35,384 nucleotides of DNA from Butyrivibrio sp. (GTDB lineage: Bacteria > Bacillota > Clostridia > Lachnospirales > Lachnospiraceae): positions 1 through 35,384 of the forward strand of contig JAZUHV010000177.1 in NCBI GenBank assembly GCA_045641925.1, read 5' to 3'. Of the stretch, positions 25,065-33,801 are shown one piece after another. The position numbers were made by a program, and so were the translations under genes. Within the stretch, counting starts at the first letter, position 1. Every line of letters starts with the position of its first letter. The notes under the pieces were generated by a model. It was not told the origin of the DNA, searched no databases, and saw only the letters and a list, made by a program, of their open reading frames with translations.

Positions 25065-26231
25065 ATGATTCATGAGAAATATTTTGAACTGGCAAAGGAG
25101 CAGGAAGCATTTCTTGCCAGAGTAAACAAGAAGGCACCTTTTTACAATGGTATTTATGACCGTTATGTATATCCAGTATTGGAGAGAAATCATATTCCAC
25201 TTATCTGGAAGTATGATTTAAATAAGGAGACCAATCCGTTCTTTATGGAGCGTCTCGGTGTGAATGCGGTATTTAATTCTGGCGCAATTTATTTAAATGG
25301 AAAGTATTATTTGGTGGCTCGCATCGAGGGCAATGACAGAAAGTCCTTCTTTGGTGTGGCTGAAAGTGATAATGGTGTGGATGGCTTCCGTTTTTGGGAT
25401 TATCCAATTCTTTTGGACGATGTTTGCCCGGAGGAAACCAACGTATACGATATGCGTCTCACTCAGCATGAAGATGGCTGGATTTATGGCGTATTCTGCT
25501 CTGAAAGTAAGGACACCAGTGTGAATGATTTATCCGCAGCCGTAGCCGCTGCGGGCATTGTTAGAACCAAGGATTTAAAGAAGTGGGAAAGACTTCCGAA
25601 TCTTGTGACTCTTCGTTCTCCACAGCAGAGAAATGTCGTATTGCATCCGGAGTTTGTAGATGGCAAGTATGCTTTCTATACAAGACCAATGGATGATTTC
25701 ATCGAGACTGGATCAGGCGGAGGCGTTGGATTTGGCCTTTGTGAGGATATTACCCATGCAGTAATTGATGAGGAAAAGATGACTTCTCTTCGTAAGTATC
25801 ATACCATTACTGAAGCAAAGAATGGTGCTGGTGCGACTCCAATTAAGACGGATCGCGGCTGGATTCACATTGCACATGGTGTGCGTAACACCGCTGCTGG
25901 CCTTCGCTATGTTATTTATGCCTTCGCAACCGATTTAAAGGATCCATCCAAGGTGATTGCAGAACCAAGTGGCATGCTTATCGGACCTCGCGGCTGGGAG
26001 CGTGTGGGTGATGTAAGTAATGTTTGCTTTACGAATGGTGCAATTGTTAATGAGAAGAACGAAGTATTTATTTATTATGCTGCATCAGATACCAGACTGC
26101 ATGTTGCAACTACAACAATCGACAAGCTGGTGGATTACGTATTTAACACCCCAGAGGATCCGGGACGTTCTGTTGAATGTGTAGCACAGCGCTGCGAATT
26201 AATTCAGAAGAATTTAGAATTATTAAAATAG
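25065..26231 (+). CDS. GH130 4-O-beta-D-mannosyl-D-glucose phosphorylase (GH130_1 type)
   Basis: 388 aa with [75 protein letters not shown] and YYAASDTR. Confidence 0.93.
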   Translation: MIHEKYFELAKEQEAFLARVNKKAPFYNGIYDRYVYPVLERNHIPLIWKYDLNKETNPFFMERLGVNAVFNSGAIYLNGKYYLVARIEGNDRKSFFGVAESDNGVDGFRFWDYPILLDDVCPEETNVYDMRLTQHEDGWIYGVFCSESKDTSVNDLSAAVAAAGIVRTKDLKKWERLPNLVTLRSPQQRNVVLHPEFVDGKYAFYTRPMDDFIETGSGGGVGFGLCEDITHAVIDEEKMTSLRKYHTITEAKNGAGATPIKTDRGWIHIAHGVRNTAAGLRYVIYAFATDLKDPSKVIAEPSGMLIGPRGWERVGDVSNVCFTNGAIVNEKNEVFIYYAASDTRLHVATTTIDKLVDYVFNTPEDPGRSVECVAQRCELIQKNLELLK

Positions 26232-26240
26232 AGGTTGATT

Positions 26241-27278
26241 ATGAGAATTGAACCAGATCATCCATATTTGCAGTATAGTGGACGTATTGATTTTGAAAAT
26301 CCAAAGGAACCAGTCCTTGTCTATGCTGCTACAAATATTAAATTAAGATTTAATGGAACGGGAATCAATGTTAATCTGGCCAATCATAAGAATTATGCGA
26401 TTAACTCCATGGGCTTTATCCTAGATGGAGTGATGGGTCGTTTTGATTTGGTAAACAATGACAAGCCGCACAATTATGTGATTGCCAGAGGGCTTCCAGA
26501 AGGTGAGCACGAGCTGATGCTTTATAAGCGTCAGGACGGTTGCCATTATGTGACTTTATACGGATTCGACTTGGAAGGCACATTGCTGGAAGTGGGACCA
26601 AAGCCTGCACGCCGTATTGAAGTGTTCGGAGATAGTGTTTCCTGTGGTGAGGTGAGCGAAGCCATCGATTACGTGGGTTTGGCAGATCCGGAAAATCATG
26701 ATGGAATTTTCTCCAACAGCTATTATTCCTATTCTTGGATTGCAGCCAGAAAATTAGGTGCAGAATTACATGATACTTCTCAGGGTGGAATGGCACTTTT
26801 GGACGCTACTGGATGGTTTAATTATCCGGACTTTGTTGGTGCAGAAAGCTGCTATGATAAGATTCAGTACAATCCATTTTTGGGCGATAGAAAGCCTTGG
26901 GATTTCACAAAGTATGTGCCACAGGTAGTTGTTTTGGCTCTTGGCCAGAATGATAGTAATCCGGAAGATTATATGGCCGAGGACTATGATGGTGAGAAGG
27001 CGCAGAACTGGAGAAAGCATTATCGGGCTTTTATTGAAAACCTGATGGAGAGATATCCAAAGGCAGTATTTGTATTGACGACTACGATTTTGAATCATAA
27101 TGAGGCTTGGGATCGTGCGATTGATGAGGTTGCGCAAAGCTTTACGAATGGAAAGGTAACACATTTCTTATATACGAAGAATGGCTGCGGAACACATGGA
27201 CACATTCGTATTCCTGAGGCAGAGGTTATGGCTGAGGAATTGGTAGCACACATCAATTCACTTGGCGTAGACTGGTAA
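26241..27278 (+). CDS. Carbohydrate esterase family 2 (CE2) acetylesterase
   Basis: N-terminal beta domain (YSGRID); RIEVFGDSVSCG; LGQND; C-terminal HGHIR catalytic His lacking the DxxH Asp, as in CE2. ATG 26241 after GAGG preferred over TTG 26235. Confidence 0.82.
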   Translation: MRIEPDHPYLQYSGRIDFENPKEPVLVYAATNIKLRFNGTGINVNLANHKNYAINSMGFILDGVMGRFDLVNNDKPHNYVIARGLPEGEHELMLYKRQDGCHYVTLYGFDLEGTLLEVGPKPARRIEVFGDSVSCGEVSEAIDYVGLADPENHDGIFSNSYYSYSWIAARKLGAELHDTSQGGMALLDATGWFNYPDFVGAESCYDKIQYNPFLGDRKPWDFTKYVPQVVVLALGQNDSNPEDYMAEDYDGEKAQNWRKHYRAFIENLMERYPKAVFVLTTTILNHNEAWDRAIDEVAQSFTNGKVTHFLYTKNGCGTHGHIRIPEAEVMAEELVAHINSLGVDW

Positions 27279-27324
27279 ACGGACGCTTTGACTGTTCGAT
27301 GATAGAATAAAAGAGGATATAGTT

Positions 27325-28086
27325 ATGGTAGACTTTTCAAAAATTAATATGGGCGTCAGCGGAGACAGCATTACTGCGTGGAAGCAGTGGTCCTGGACCG
27401 CATTTGAGGAGCTGGGAATGGCTACACACACCAACGTAGCTGTTGGAAGCTCTGTATGGTATAAGCGCACCATTACCACAGAGGCAGGCAGTGTTACAAC
27501 ACAGAATCCGGCCGATTCTGACTTCGCCGGTGTAAGCGGCGGCTGGGAGCCGACAGAGGATCTGGTAGAATTACAGATGCGTGCAAACAACTGCGCGATT
27601 GTGCATATTCAGCAGTATTTGCAGATGGTGAAGGCGGGCGAAGCTCCTGTTCCTGAACTTTTTACCTTCTCCTACGGAACCAATGACGATGGTGCTTCTT
27701 TAGGCGATCCGGAATTGGCAGTACAAGGTAAGGATAAGGATGCCGAGAATGTGGATTTGTTTACGGAAGCTGGTGCGGTAAGATGGTGCATCCAGACAAT
27801 TCAGGAAAATTTTCCAGACTGTAAGATCTTTGTACTGACACCAATACAGACTGGTAGCCCAGAACATAATGCAAAGAATCGAAAAACGATTGAAGTCATT
27901 AAGGCTATTGCCAATGAGATGTCTGTACAGGTGATTGACATGTATGGAAAATGTGGTATTTGTGAGAAGTATGAAGTGGAAGGCGGCACCGGTCGATACC
28001 TGCGCGATGGATTGCATCCGGACGAACCGGGACAGCAGTTGATGGGAAGATACGTGGCAAGCGTATTAAGAAGAAAAATGTTTTAA
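27325..28086 (+). CDS. SGNH/GDSL hydrolase, putative carbohydrate esterase
   Basis: GDSITA (block I), YGTND (block III), DGLHP (block V); no signal peptide; GAGG RBS. Confidence 0.85.
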   Translation: MVDFSKINMGVSGDSITAWKQWSWTAFEELGMATHTNVAVGSSVWYKRTITTEAGSVTTQNPADSDFAGVSGGWEPTEDLVELQMRANNCAIVHIQQYLQMVKAGEAPVPELFTFSYGTNDDGASLGDPELAVQGKDKDAENVDLFTEAGAVRWCIQTIQENFPDCKIFVLTPIQTGSPEHNAKNRKTIEVIKAIANEMSVQVIDMYGKCGICEKYEVEGGTGRYLRDGLHPDEPGQQLMGRYVASVLRRKMF

Positions 28087-28106
28087 TAGCATAATTAAAA
28101 AATGAA

Positions 28107-28132
28107 AGAGCTGCGCTAATTGGCGCAGCTCT
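28107..28132. terminator. Bidirectional intrinsic terminator between the convergent SGNH and GH2 genes
   Basis: AGAGCTGCGC, TAATTG loop, GCGCAGCTCT, with an A-rich 5' flank and T-rich 3' flank. Confidence 0.8.
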
Positions 28133-28161
28133 GATTTTATGTATGGATAAGCAGCCTTCCC

Positions 28162-31059
28162 TTAGAATTCTTCTTCGCAATATGCTAACAAACTTTGATA
28201 GAAGGCTTCTACCTCCGGATGTCCCTGCTCCAAAAGCTTTGGAACATTGGCTGTGCATATTAAAATATGAGAGTCCTCAGACACTCCCGGAATTTCATAA
28301 AGAAGCCCCAGTTTATGACAACGTGTGGTGTTGTCTATAGTCCAGACAATTGGCTCGATATCCGTATGGTCCAAGATGCTTGAGCGAGAATTCATTACCA
28401 GATGGAACCACTGTGGAGTGCTGTAGCTACGACTTGGGAATCCGGCAAGTGCAGGATGACGGTCGTTGATATATAATCCGAGCGTTCCTGGGGCGGCGGG
28501 CTTACCAACGCTGTCGCAAATGCTCTTAAACATTGGATAATTCCAAAAGTCAGAGGTATAAAATCCTTCGATGGATTCCGTGTTCTCTTCGTCAGAAAGA
28601 AAGAGTAATATTTTTTTATGTTCTTTAGAAAGTGTCTTTGCATTTTCTAAAGTGGTCGCTACAAGAGGGCAATTTTTAGCAATTTTCATCTCCTTTGGAT
28701 AACTCCATAAAGTGTAGGAATTGCTGATTTCGGTGCCGCTAATGGAAACTGTTAAGGTATAAGCGGTAGGTCGTTCCTTCTTTGGAATATCAAATTTTGC
28801 AGAGGCAATTTTTTGATAACCTCGTTCATTGATATGCACCAATTTTGCTCTGGTAAAGGATGCAATATCACCACATGGCTTCCCTTCAGCTTTACTTTCG
28901 CAGTCGGAGCAGGAGGTGGTAGTACCACTGCATGCACCCCAGGTTTCGGCAAGTGTCATTACCAAAGTGGCACTTGGAATAGGCTCTGCACCGGTATAAT
29001 GCATGCTGACGTCGAACTGGAAGGAATCTTCATCCTGAACAATGTAGGAATCAAATTCTGCCATAATGACAGTATCGGAGCAAAATCCACGCCAGGCTTT
29101 AGCGCTGATTAGTCCCTTGTTCTGGTACATGGAATTGAGAATACCGACCATGGCGCTTCCCTGTCCCATAAAATCAGTCAGATCCAGTAACTGAAAGCCT
29201 GCCATATGAGCGGAGCGAAACATAGTCTCTATTTCATCTTTATAACAGTCTACGGCCAATTTCCCGGCAGAATAAAAGAACGCGTCTGACATGGAAGATA
29301 AACCTGCATCTTGCATATTCTTTTGAAATATCTTTAAATTTTCAGGCTGTAATACACCGGTATATTGATTAATCTCTTTGAAATCTGGGAAGAAGGAGTA
29401 CTGGCCGACCTCATGAGAAATAACCGGAACATCGGAAATCAGCTCACCATCAATTTGATCTAATTTGACCTTCTTAACGCCGGTTCCATACTGAATTTCA
29501 GCAAAACCATCTTCCAAAACAGCGGTTGCAGTAGTAGTGGATTCACCAGGACGAATGGATTCGTCATAATTGAATCGAGTAGCCGGAGTATCCATTTGTA
29601 CATGCCCATATGGAACATCACAAGCGGCGAAAGAACCACGAATCTGGCGATCTATACTAAAACGTACTCCGGAGAAGAAGTCATCGTTGGATAAAAGCTT
29701 AGGTGTCCAGAAGAAATTGTTGGAACCTTGTGCGAACAGTACGTTTGGACGAAGCGTTTTATATTCGCCAAGCAGGGAATTTAACACATCGGCATCGCCC
29801 CAAAGCTCATTTCCCATACTCATCATAACGAAGGATGGATGATTGCCAAAGTCGTGAAGAATGCGGACGCCTTCATCGTGTAAGAAGGTTTGTGCGGCTT
29901 CGTCATATTCCGGTTCGGAAGGGTTACGCACAGTACCCCAGAAGGACAACTCTGGCTGCATATAGATACCGACCAAATCTGCCGCAAAGAATGCAACGTC
30001 CGGCGGACAGCAGGTGTGATAGCGGTAGTGATTGATACCATAATCCTTTGCGGTTGCAAATACCTGAGCCCAGCTTTCTAAATCCATTGGTGCATATCCC
30101 GTGAGCGGAAAACTCATTCCATCGTGCTTACCACGAAGGAAGGTTTTCTGACCATTGATATAAAAGTGCTCACCATCATGGGTAAATACCTTTAAACCAA
30201 AGTATGTCGTAGTGTTTTCCTCTCCAATGCTTACTGCGAATTCATAAACCTGAGGAGAGTGCTCGCTCCATAAGCAGTTTGAGGATGTTAAATCATAATA
30301 TAATTTTACGAAATTACATCCCGGAACCAAAGAAACGGACTGCAATAGTGGATTTTCAATGTTACGGATGCAGTTTAGTTCGAAATCTGCATGGTTATCC
30401 CGTTCCCATATAAGGGTAAGTAAAGAAGAACTGATAGAAATTGTTTCTTCCAGATTTTTGTCGGTCAAGTTCGTGATTTGTAACTCAAATCCTGCAACAG
30501 GCTTTGGTAAAAATCTATTATCTTCGGAAGGCTCACAGAAGGTACGAAGGGAATCTATGCGCAATTTTTGGTGGCAGGTCATGCTGATTTCACCGACAAT
30601 GCCATTCCAATTGGTCTGAGTATCTGGGGAGGTCATGTGCCCACCCGGAATTGGATAGCCAACGTTTTGAACCATCAGGACGAGCTCGTTTTCTCCTTCC
30701 TGGGCTGCTTTTGTAGCATCATAAATATGCTTTCCAACTAAACTGTTTTGAATGCCGAGAGGCTTACCATTTAACCACACGTGAGAAATACGGGTACGTT
30801 CTAAGCAGAGTGTGTAAGCATCTGCTTTTGGCAGGCATATGGTTTTCTTAAACCATGCACATCCTTCAAAAGCATAAGGATCGGTTAGGTGGTCACTTGG
30901 CCCACCTTCTTTTCGTTCTCCTTTTTGTGCTTCAGAGGCTGTTGTCGGTAGGCTGATTTGATCATGAAAGAGCATACTGGAATCATAAATAATTTCGCCC
31001 AAAGAGGCTGATTCCATTCTAAATTCATAGGTTCCGGAAAGATCGATTTTGTAATCCAT
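28162..31059 (-). CDS. Glycoside hydrolase family 2 protein, substrate uncertain
   Basis: 965 aa with IDLSGTYEF, NWNGIVGEI, LWSEHSPQVY, FYINGQKTFLRG, GINHYRYHTCCPP, NHPSFVMMSMGNE (acid/base Glu) and PVISHEVGQ (probable nucleophile Glu); no signal peptide. Confidence 0.88.
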   Translation of the reverse strand: MDYKIDLSGTYEFRMESASLGEIIYDSSMLFHDQISLPTTASEAQKGERKEGGPSDHLTDPYAFEGCAWFKKTICLPKADAYTLCLERTRISHVWLNGKPLGIQNSLVGKHIYDATKAAQEGENELVLMVQNVGYPIPGGHMTSPDTQTNWNGIVGEISMTCHQKLRIDSLRTFCEPSEDNRFLPKPVAGFELQITNLTDKNLEETISISSSLLTLIWERDNHADFELNCIRNIENPLLQSVSLVPGCNFVKLYYDLTSSNCLWSEHSPQVYEFAVSIGEENTTTYFGLKVFTHDGEHFYINGQKTFLRGKHDGMSFPLTGYAPMDLESWAQVFATAKDYGINHYRYHTCCPPDVAFFAADLVGIYMQPELSFWGTVRNPSEPEYDEAAQTFLHDEGVRILHDFGNHPSFVMMSMGNELWGDADVLNSLLGEYKTLRPNVLFAQGSNNFFWTPKLLSNDDFFSGVRFSIDRQIRGSFAACDVPYGHVQMDTPATRFNYDESIRPGESTTTATAVLEDGFAEIQYGTGVKKVKLDQIDGELISDVPVISHEVGQYSFFPDFKEINQYTGVLQPENLKIFQKNMQDAGLSSMSDAFFYSAGKLAVDCYKDEIETMFRSAHMAGFQLLDLTDFMGQGSAMVGILNSMYQNKGLISAKAWRGFCSDTVIMAEFDSYIVQDEDSFQFDVSMHYTGAEPIPSATLVMTLAETWGACSGTTTSCSDCESKAEGKPCGDIASFTRAKLVHINERGYQKIASAKFDIPKKERPTAYTLTVSISGTEISNSYTLWSYPKEMKIAKNCPLVATTLENAKTLSKEHKKILLFLSDEENTESIEGFYTSDFWNYPMFKSICDSVGKPAAPGTLGLYINDRHPALAGFPSRSYSTPQWFHLVMNSRSSILDHTDIEPIVWTIDNTTRCHKLGLLYEIPGVSEDSHILICTANVPKLLEQGHPEVEAFYQSLLAYCEEEF

Positions 31060-31093
31060 AAATGGCCTCGCTTATTGTTTTTTTCCTTTCCTC

Positions 31094-31137
31094 ATTTTAC
31101 CAAAGGGGTACGTAACCTGCAATGGATGTGTTATACT
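31094..31137. promoter_or_regulatory. Overlapping divergent promoters for GH2 (-) and mutY (+)
   Basis: Minus strand: TTGCAG (31122-31117), 17 bp, TAAAAT (31099-31094) with extended TGn. Plus strand: extended -10 TGtTATACT (31129-31137). Confidence 0.6.
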
Positions 31138-31144
31138 ATTATGC

Positions 31145-32209
31145 ATGAATCATGATGTAAAAAAATGGAAATTGAATGACATTGTAGAGGTTATTGCGGA
31201 TTGGTATGACGCAAATGGAAGGAGCCTTCCATGGCGTGCGGATTGCGACCCGTACCATATATGGGTTTCGGAAATCATGCTGCAGCAAACGCGTATTGAA
31301 GCAGTTATTCCGTACTATGAGCGCTTTATGAAGGAACTGCCATCCATTCAGGAGTTAGCTGCCTGTGAGGATGAAAAACTCCATAAATTATGGGAAGGGC
31401 TGGGATATTATTCGCGTGTTCGTAATTTGAAAAAAGCGGCAACGCTGATATGCGAGGAGCATAATGGATGCTTTCCAACAGATTTTGAAACCATTCGAAG
31501 GCTTCCGGGAATTGGAGATTATACCGCTGGGGCTATTGCCTCCATGGCCTTTCACCAACCGCATGCGGCTGTGGATGGAAATGTGCTTCGCGTGATGAGC
31601 AGACTGATGGCCTGTGATACGGATATTATGGATATGCATTTTAGAAAAGAAGTTACGGCTGCATTAAGTGATGCATATCCATGCGGGAAGGAAGCCTCTG
31701 TAACTCAGGGACTGATGGAGTTGGGAGAGGTAATCTGCATTCCAAATGGTGAGCCGGATTGTGCAAACTGTCCTGTTAATGGGACATGTAAAGCCTGTAT
31801 AATGGGGATACAAAATTCACTTCCAATTCGTAAGCCGAAGGCGAAGCGCCGCATCGAAGAAAAAACCGTTTTTTGCCTGGTGGATGCGGAAAACAGGATT
31901 GCTCTGCATCGAAGAGCTGAGAATGGTCTTTTGGCCGGACTTTGGGAATATCCAAATCTTTTGGGAGATACGGACATGGCGGATGTCGTGACACGCTTAT
32001 CAGAGGAAGTGTTTGGCTGCTGTTTGCCAAAGCAATATGAGGTGACGGACGGTGGTTGGAAAAAGCATGTCTTTACACATGTGGAGTGGCATATGCATTG
32101 CTTTATGGTTGTTGGGACATTTCCGGAAAATTCTGATTTGACCTTTGTTTCAGAGAAGGAACGTCGGACGAACTATGCATTACCGACTGCATTTCGCAAA
32201 CTTTTTTAA
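31145..32209 (+). CDS. mutY: A/G-specific adenine DNA glycosylase MutY
   Basis: RSLPWR, WVSEIMLQQT, WEGLGYYSR, HhH motif LPGIGDYTAGAI, VDGNVLRV, [4Fe-4S] motif CIPNGEPDCANCPVNGTC, and C-terminal GLLAGLWEYP and HVFTH. Confidence 0.96.
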   Translation: MNHDVKKWKLNDIVEVIADWYDANGRSLPWRADCDPYHIWVSEIMLQQTRIEAVIPYYERFMKELPSIQELAACEDEKLHKLWEGLGYYSRVRNLKKAATLICEEHNGCFPTDFETIRRLPGIGDYTAGAIASMAFHQPHAAVDGNVLRVMSRLMACDTDIMDMHFRKEVTAALSDAYPCGKEASVTQGLMELGEVICIPNGEPDCANCPVNGTCKACIMGIQNSLPIRKPKAKRRIEEKTVFCLVDAENRIALHRRAENGLLAGLWEYPNLLGDTDMADVVTRLSEEVFGCCLPKQYEVTDGGWKKHVFTHVEWHMHCFMVVGTFPENSDLTFVSEKERRTNYALPTAFRKLF

Positions 32210-32223
32210 AGATAGGAGACAGT

Positions 32224-32667
32224 ATGTATCATACAACGAATGAACTGAATCATTTTGATTTTGAAGAAGCAATTTTTGATGAACTGGAGTTTTCATCGGA
32301 TGGTATTCGCATTTTTATGGAAAATGTTAAAATCCTTCCGGAAAATTCGTGTAATCGCGATATTCGTCTGATGCGCACCAATGATATGGAACTGGATTTG
32401 GTGAAGGGCTCTTTCGTTCGCATTGTGAAAGAAGGCTATAAGCGCTTCAATGCAGATGGTGTTTTGCTGGAGTCTGTGGAGGATGAAATCATTCCTGCCA
32501 AGGAACATTCGTCCGTTTTAAAAGAATTGATTGGTACGACGATTTATTCCCTGGAGCAGGAAAATGATACGTATATCTTAAATCTGGACACGGATGATGG
32601 CTGCTATGTTATTGAGATGACAGCAATCAGAAACGAAGAAAACTGGGAACGCTTTTTGAATTTGTAA
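32224..32667 (+). CDS. Hypothetical acidic protein
   Basis: 147 aa ORF with AGGAG RBS, fitting the operon between mutY and the phosphoesterase; no recognised motif. Confidence 0.75.
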   Translation: MYHTTNELNHFDFEEAIFDELEFSSDGIRIFMENVKILPENSCNRDIRLMRTNDMELDLVKGSFVRIVKEGYKRFNADGVLLESVEDEIIPAKEHSSVLKELIGTTIYSLEQENDTYILNLDTDDGCYVIEMTAIRNEENWERFLNL

Positions 32668-32685
32668 TTTGTGGGGATGAAGTCT

Positions 32686-33801
32686 ATGAAAATGATTCAT
32701 TGTGCGGATTTGCACCTGGATTCCGAATTAAATACAAATCTGACACCTAGGCAGGCGAATGCTCGCCGGCAGGAGCTGCTCGCGAACTTTAGCAGGATGA
32801 TCGATTATGCTGTAAATGAGGGCGTGAAGGTTATCCTGATTGCGGGCGATTTGTTTGACCGGGAAAAAATATCCGATGAGGCGGCACGAGTGGTTTATCA
32901 GGAGATTGCGAACCATCCACAACTGGTCTTTTTTTATCTGACAGGTAATCATGAACGAAGGGCTTTTATAGAAGCTATCCCAAGTCTTCCCAAAAATTTG
33001 AAATTATTTCGGGATACCTGGACCAGCTATCGCTTTCATGGCGGGGAGGTAACCATTCATGGAATGAATCCGGGCGCAGGCTACGAAACGGATTTGTACG
33101 AAAAACTGAACTGTCAACCAGACAGCATCAATATTGTTTTGCTGCATGGACAAATTGCGTCCACTAAAGCAAGCAAATCTGCACCGGAAAATATCAGCTT
33201 AAAGGATTTGGCGCATCGTAATATTGATTATCTGGCACTGGGGCATATTCATTCTTACCGAGAAGGGGAACTGGATGCACGTGGTGTTTATGTTTATCCC
33301 GGTTGTATGGAGGGCCGTGGCTTTGATGAAGCCGGGGAGCATGGATTTGTACTGCTTCATGTTGAACCAGAGTCCCATCATGTAGAATGGGAGCTGATTC
33401 CATGGCAAAAACGCAGGGTTTGTGAGGTGGCTGTAGATTTATCCGATGTATATAATACGGCGGAGCTTTTGAATGCCATTGATGAAGCTTTAGAATTGCA
33501 ATTACAGGAAGAAAAATTGTCGGAGGACGATTTGGTCCATGTGGAACTGATTGGCGAAACCGGTTTATTGATGCCGGATGTGGAATGGATTAAGAATCAG
33601 TACGATGAACGCTTTTATGCTTTTAAGGTTACAAATTCTTCCGTGCCTAAAAAAGACCGCTCGGTTGCACCGGATGAACACTCTTTAAAGGCAGAATTCC
33701 TTCGTTTGGTACGCGCGGATGAAAGCTTATCGGACGAGAACAAACGCGCGGTGCTGCAGTATGGAATGGCAGCGCTTCGAGGAGAGGAGGTGCAGCCATG
33801 A
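32686..33801 (+). CDS. Mre11/SbcD-family metallophosphoesterase (YhaO-like DNA repair exonuclease)
   Basis: IHCADLHLD, AGDLFD, GNHE, LLHGQ, DYLALGHIH and YPGCMEGRGFDE. Start is uncertain (32671, 32677 or 32686). Confidence 0.9.
   Translation: MKMIHCADLHLDSELNTNLTPRQANARRQELLANFSRMIDYAVNEGVKVILIAGDLFDREKISDEAARVVYQEIANHPQLVFFYLTGNHERRAFIEAIPSLPKNLKLFRDTWTSYRFHGGEVTIHGMNPGAGYETDLYEKLNCQPDSINIVLLHGQIASTKASKSAPENISLKDLAHRNIDYLALGHIHSYREGELDARGVYVYPGCMEGRGFDEAGEHGFVLLHVEPESHHVEWELIPWQKRRVCEVAVDLSDVYNTAELLNAIDEALELQLQEEKLSEDDLVHVELIGETGLLMPDVEWIKNQYDERFYAFKVTNSSVPKKDRSVAPDEHSLKAEFLRLVRADESLSDENKRAVLQYGMAALRGEEVQP

Noticed and set aside
28143-28340. 65-aa + strand ORF after the terminator
   Set aside because: It is almost wholly antisense to the GH2 3' end, with no RBS or recognisable motif.
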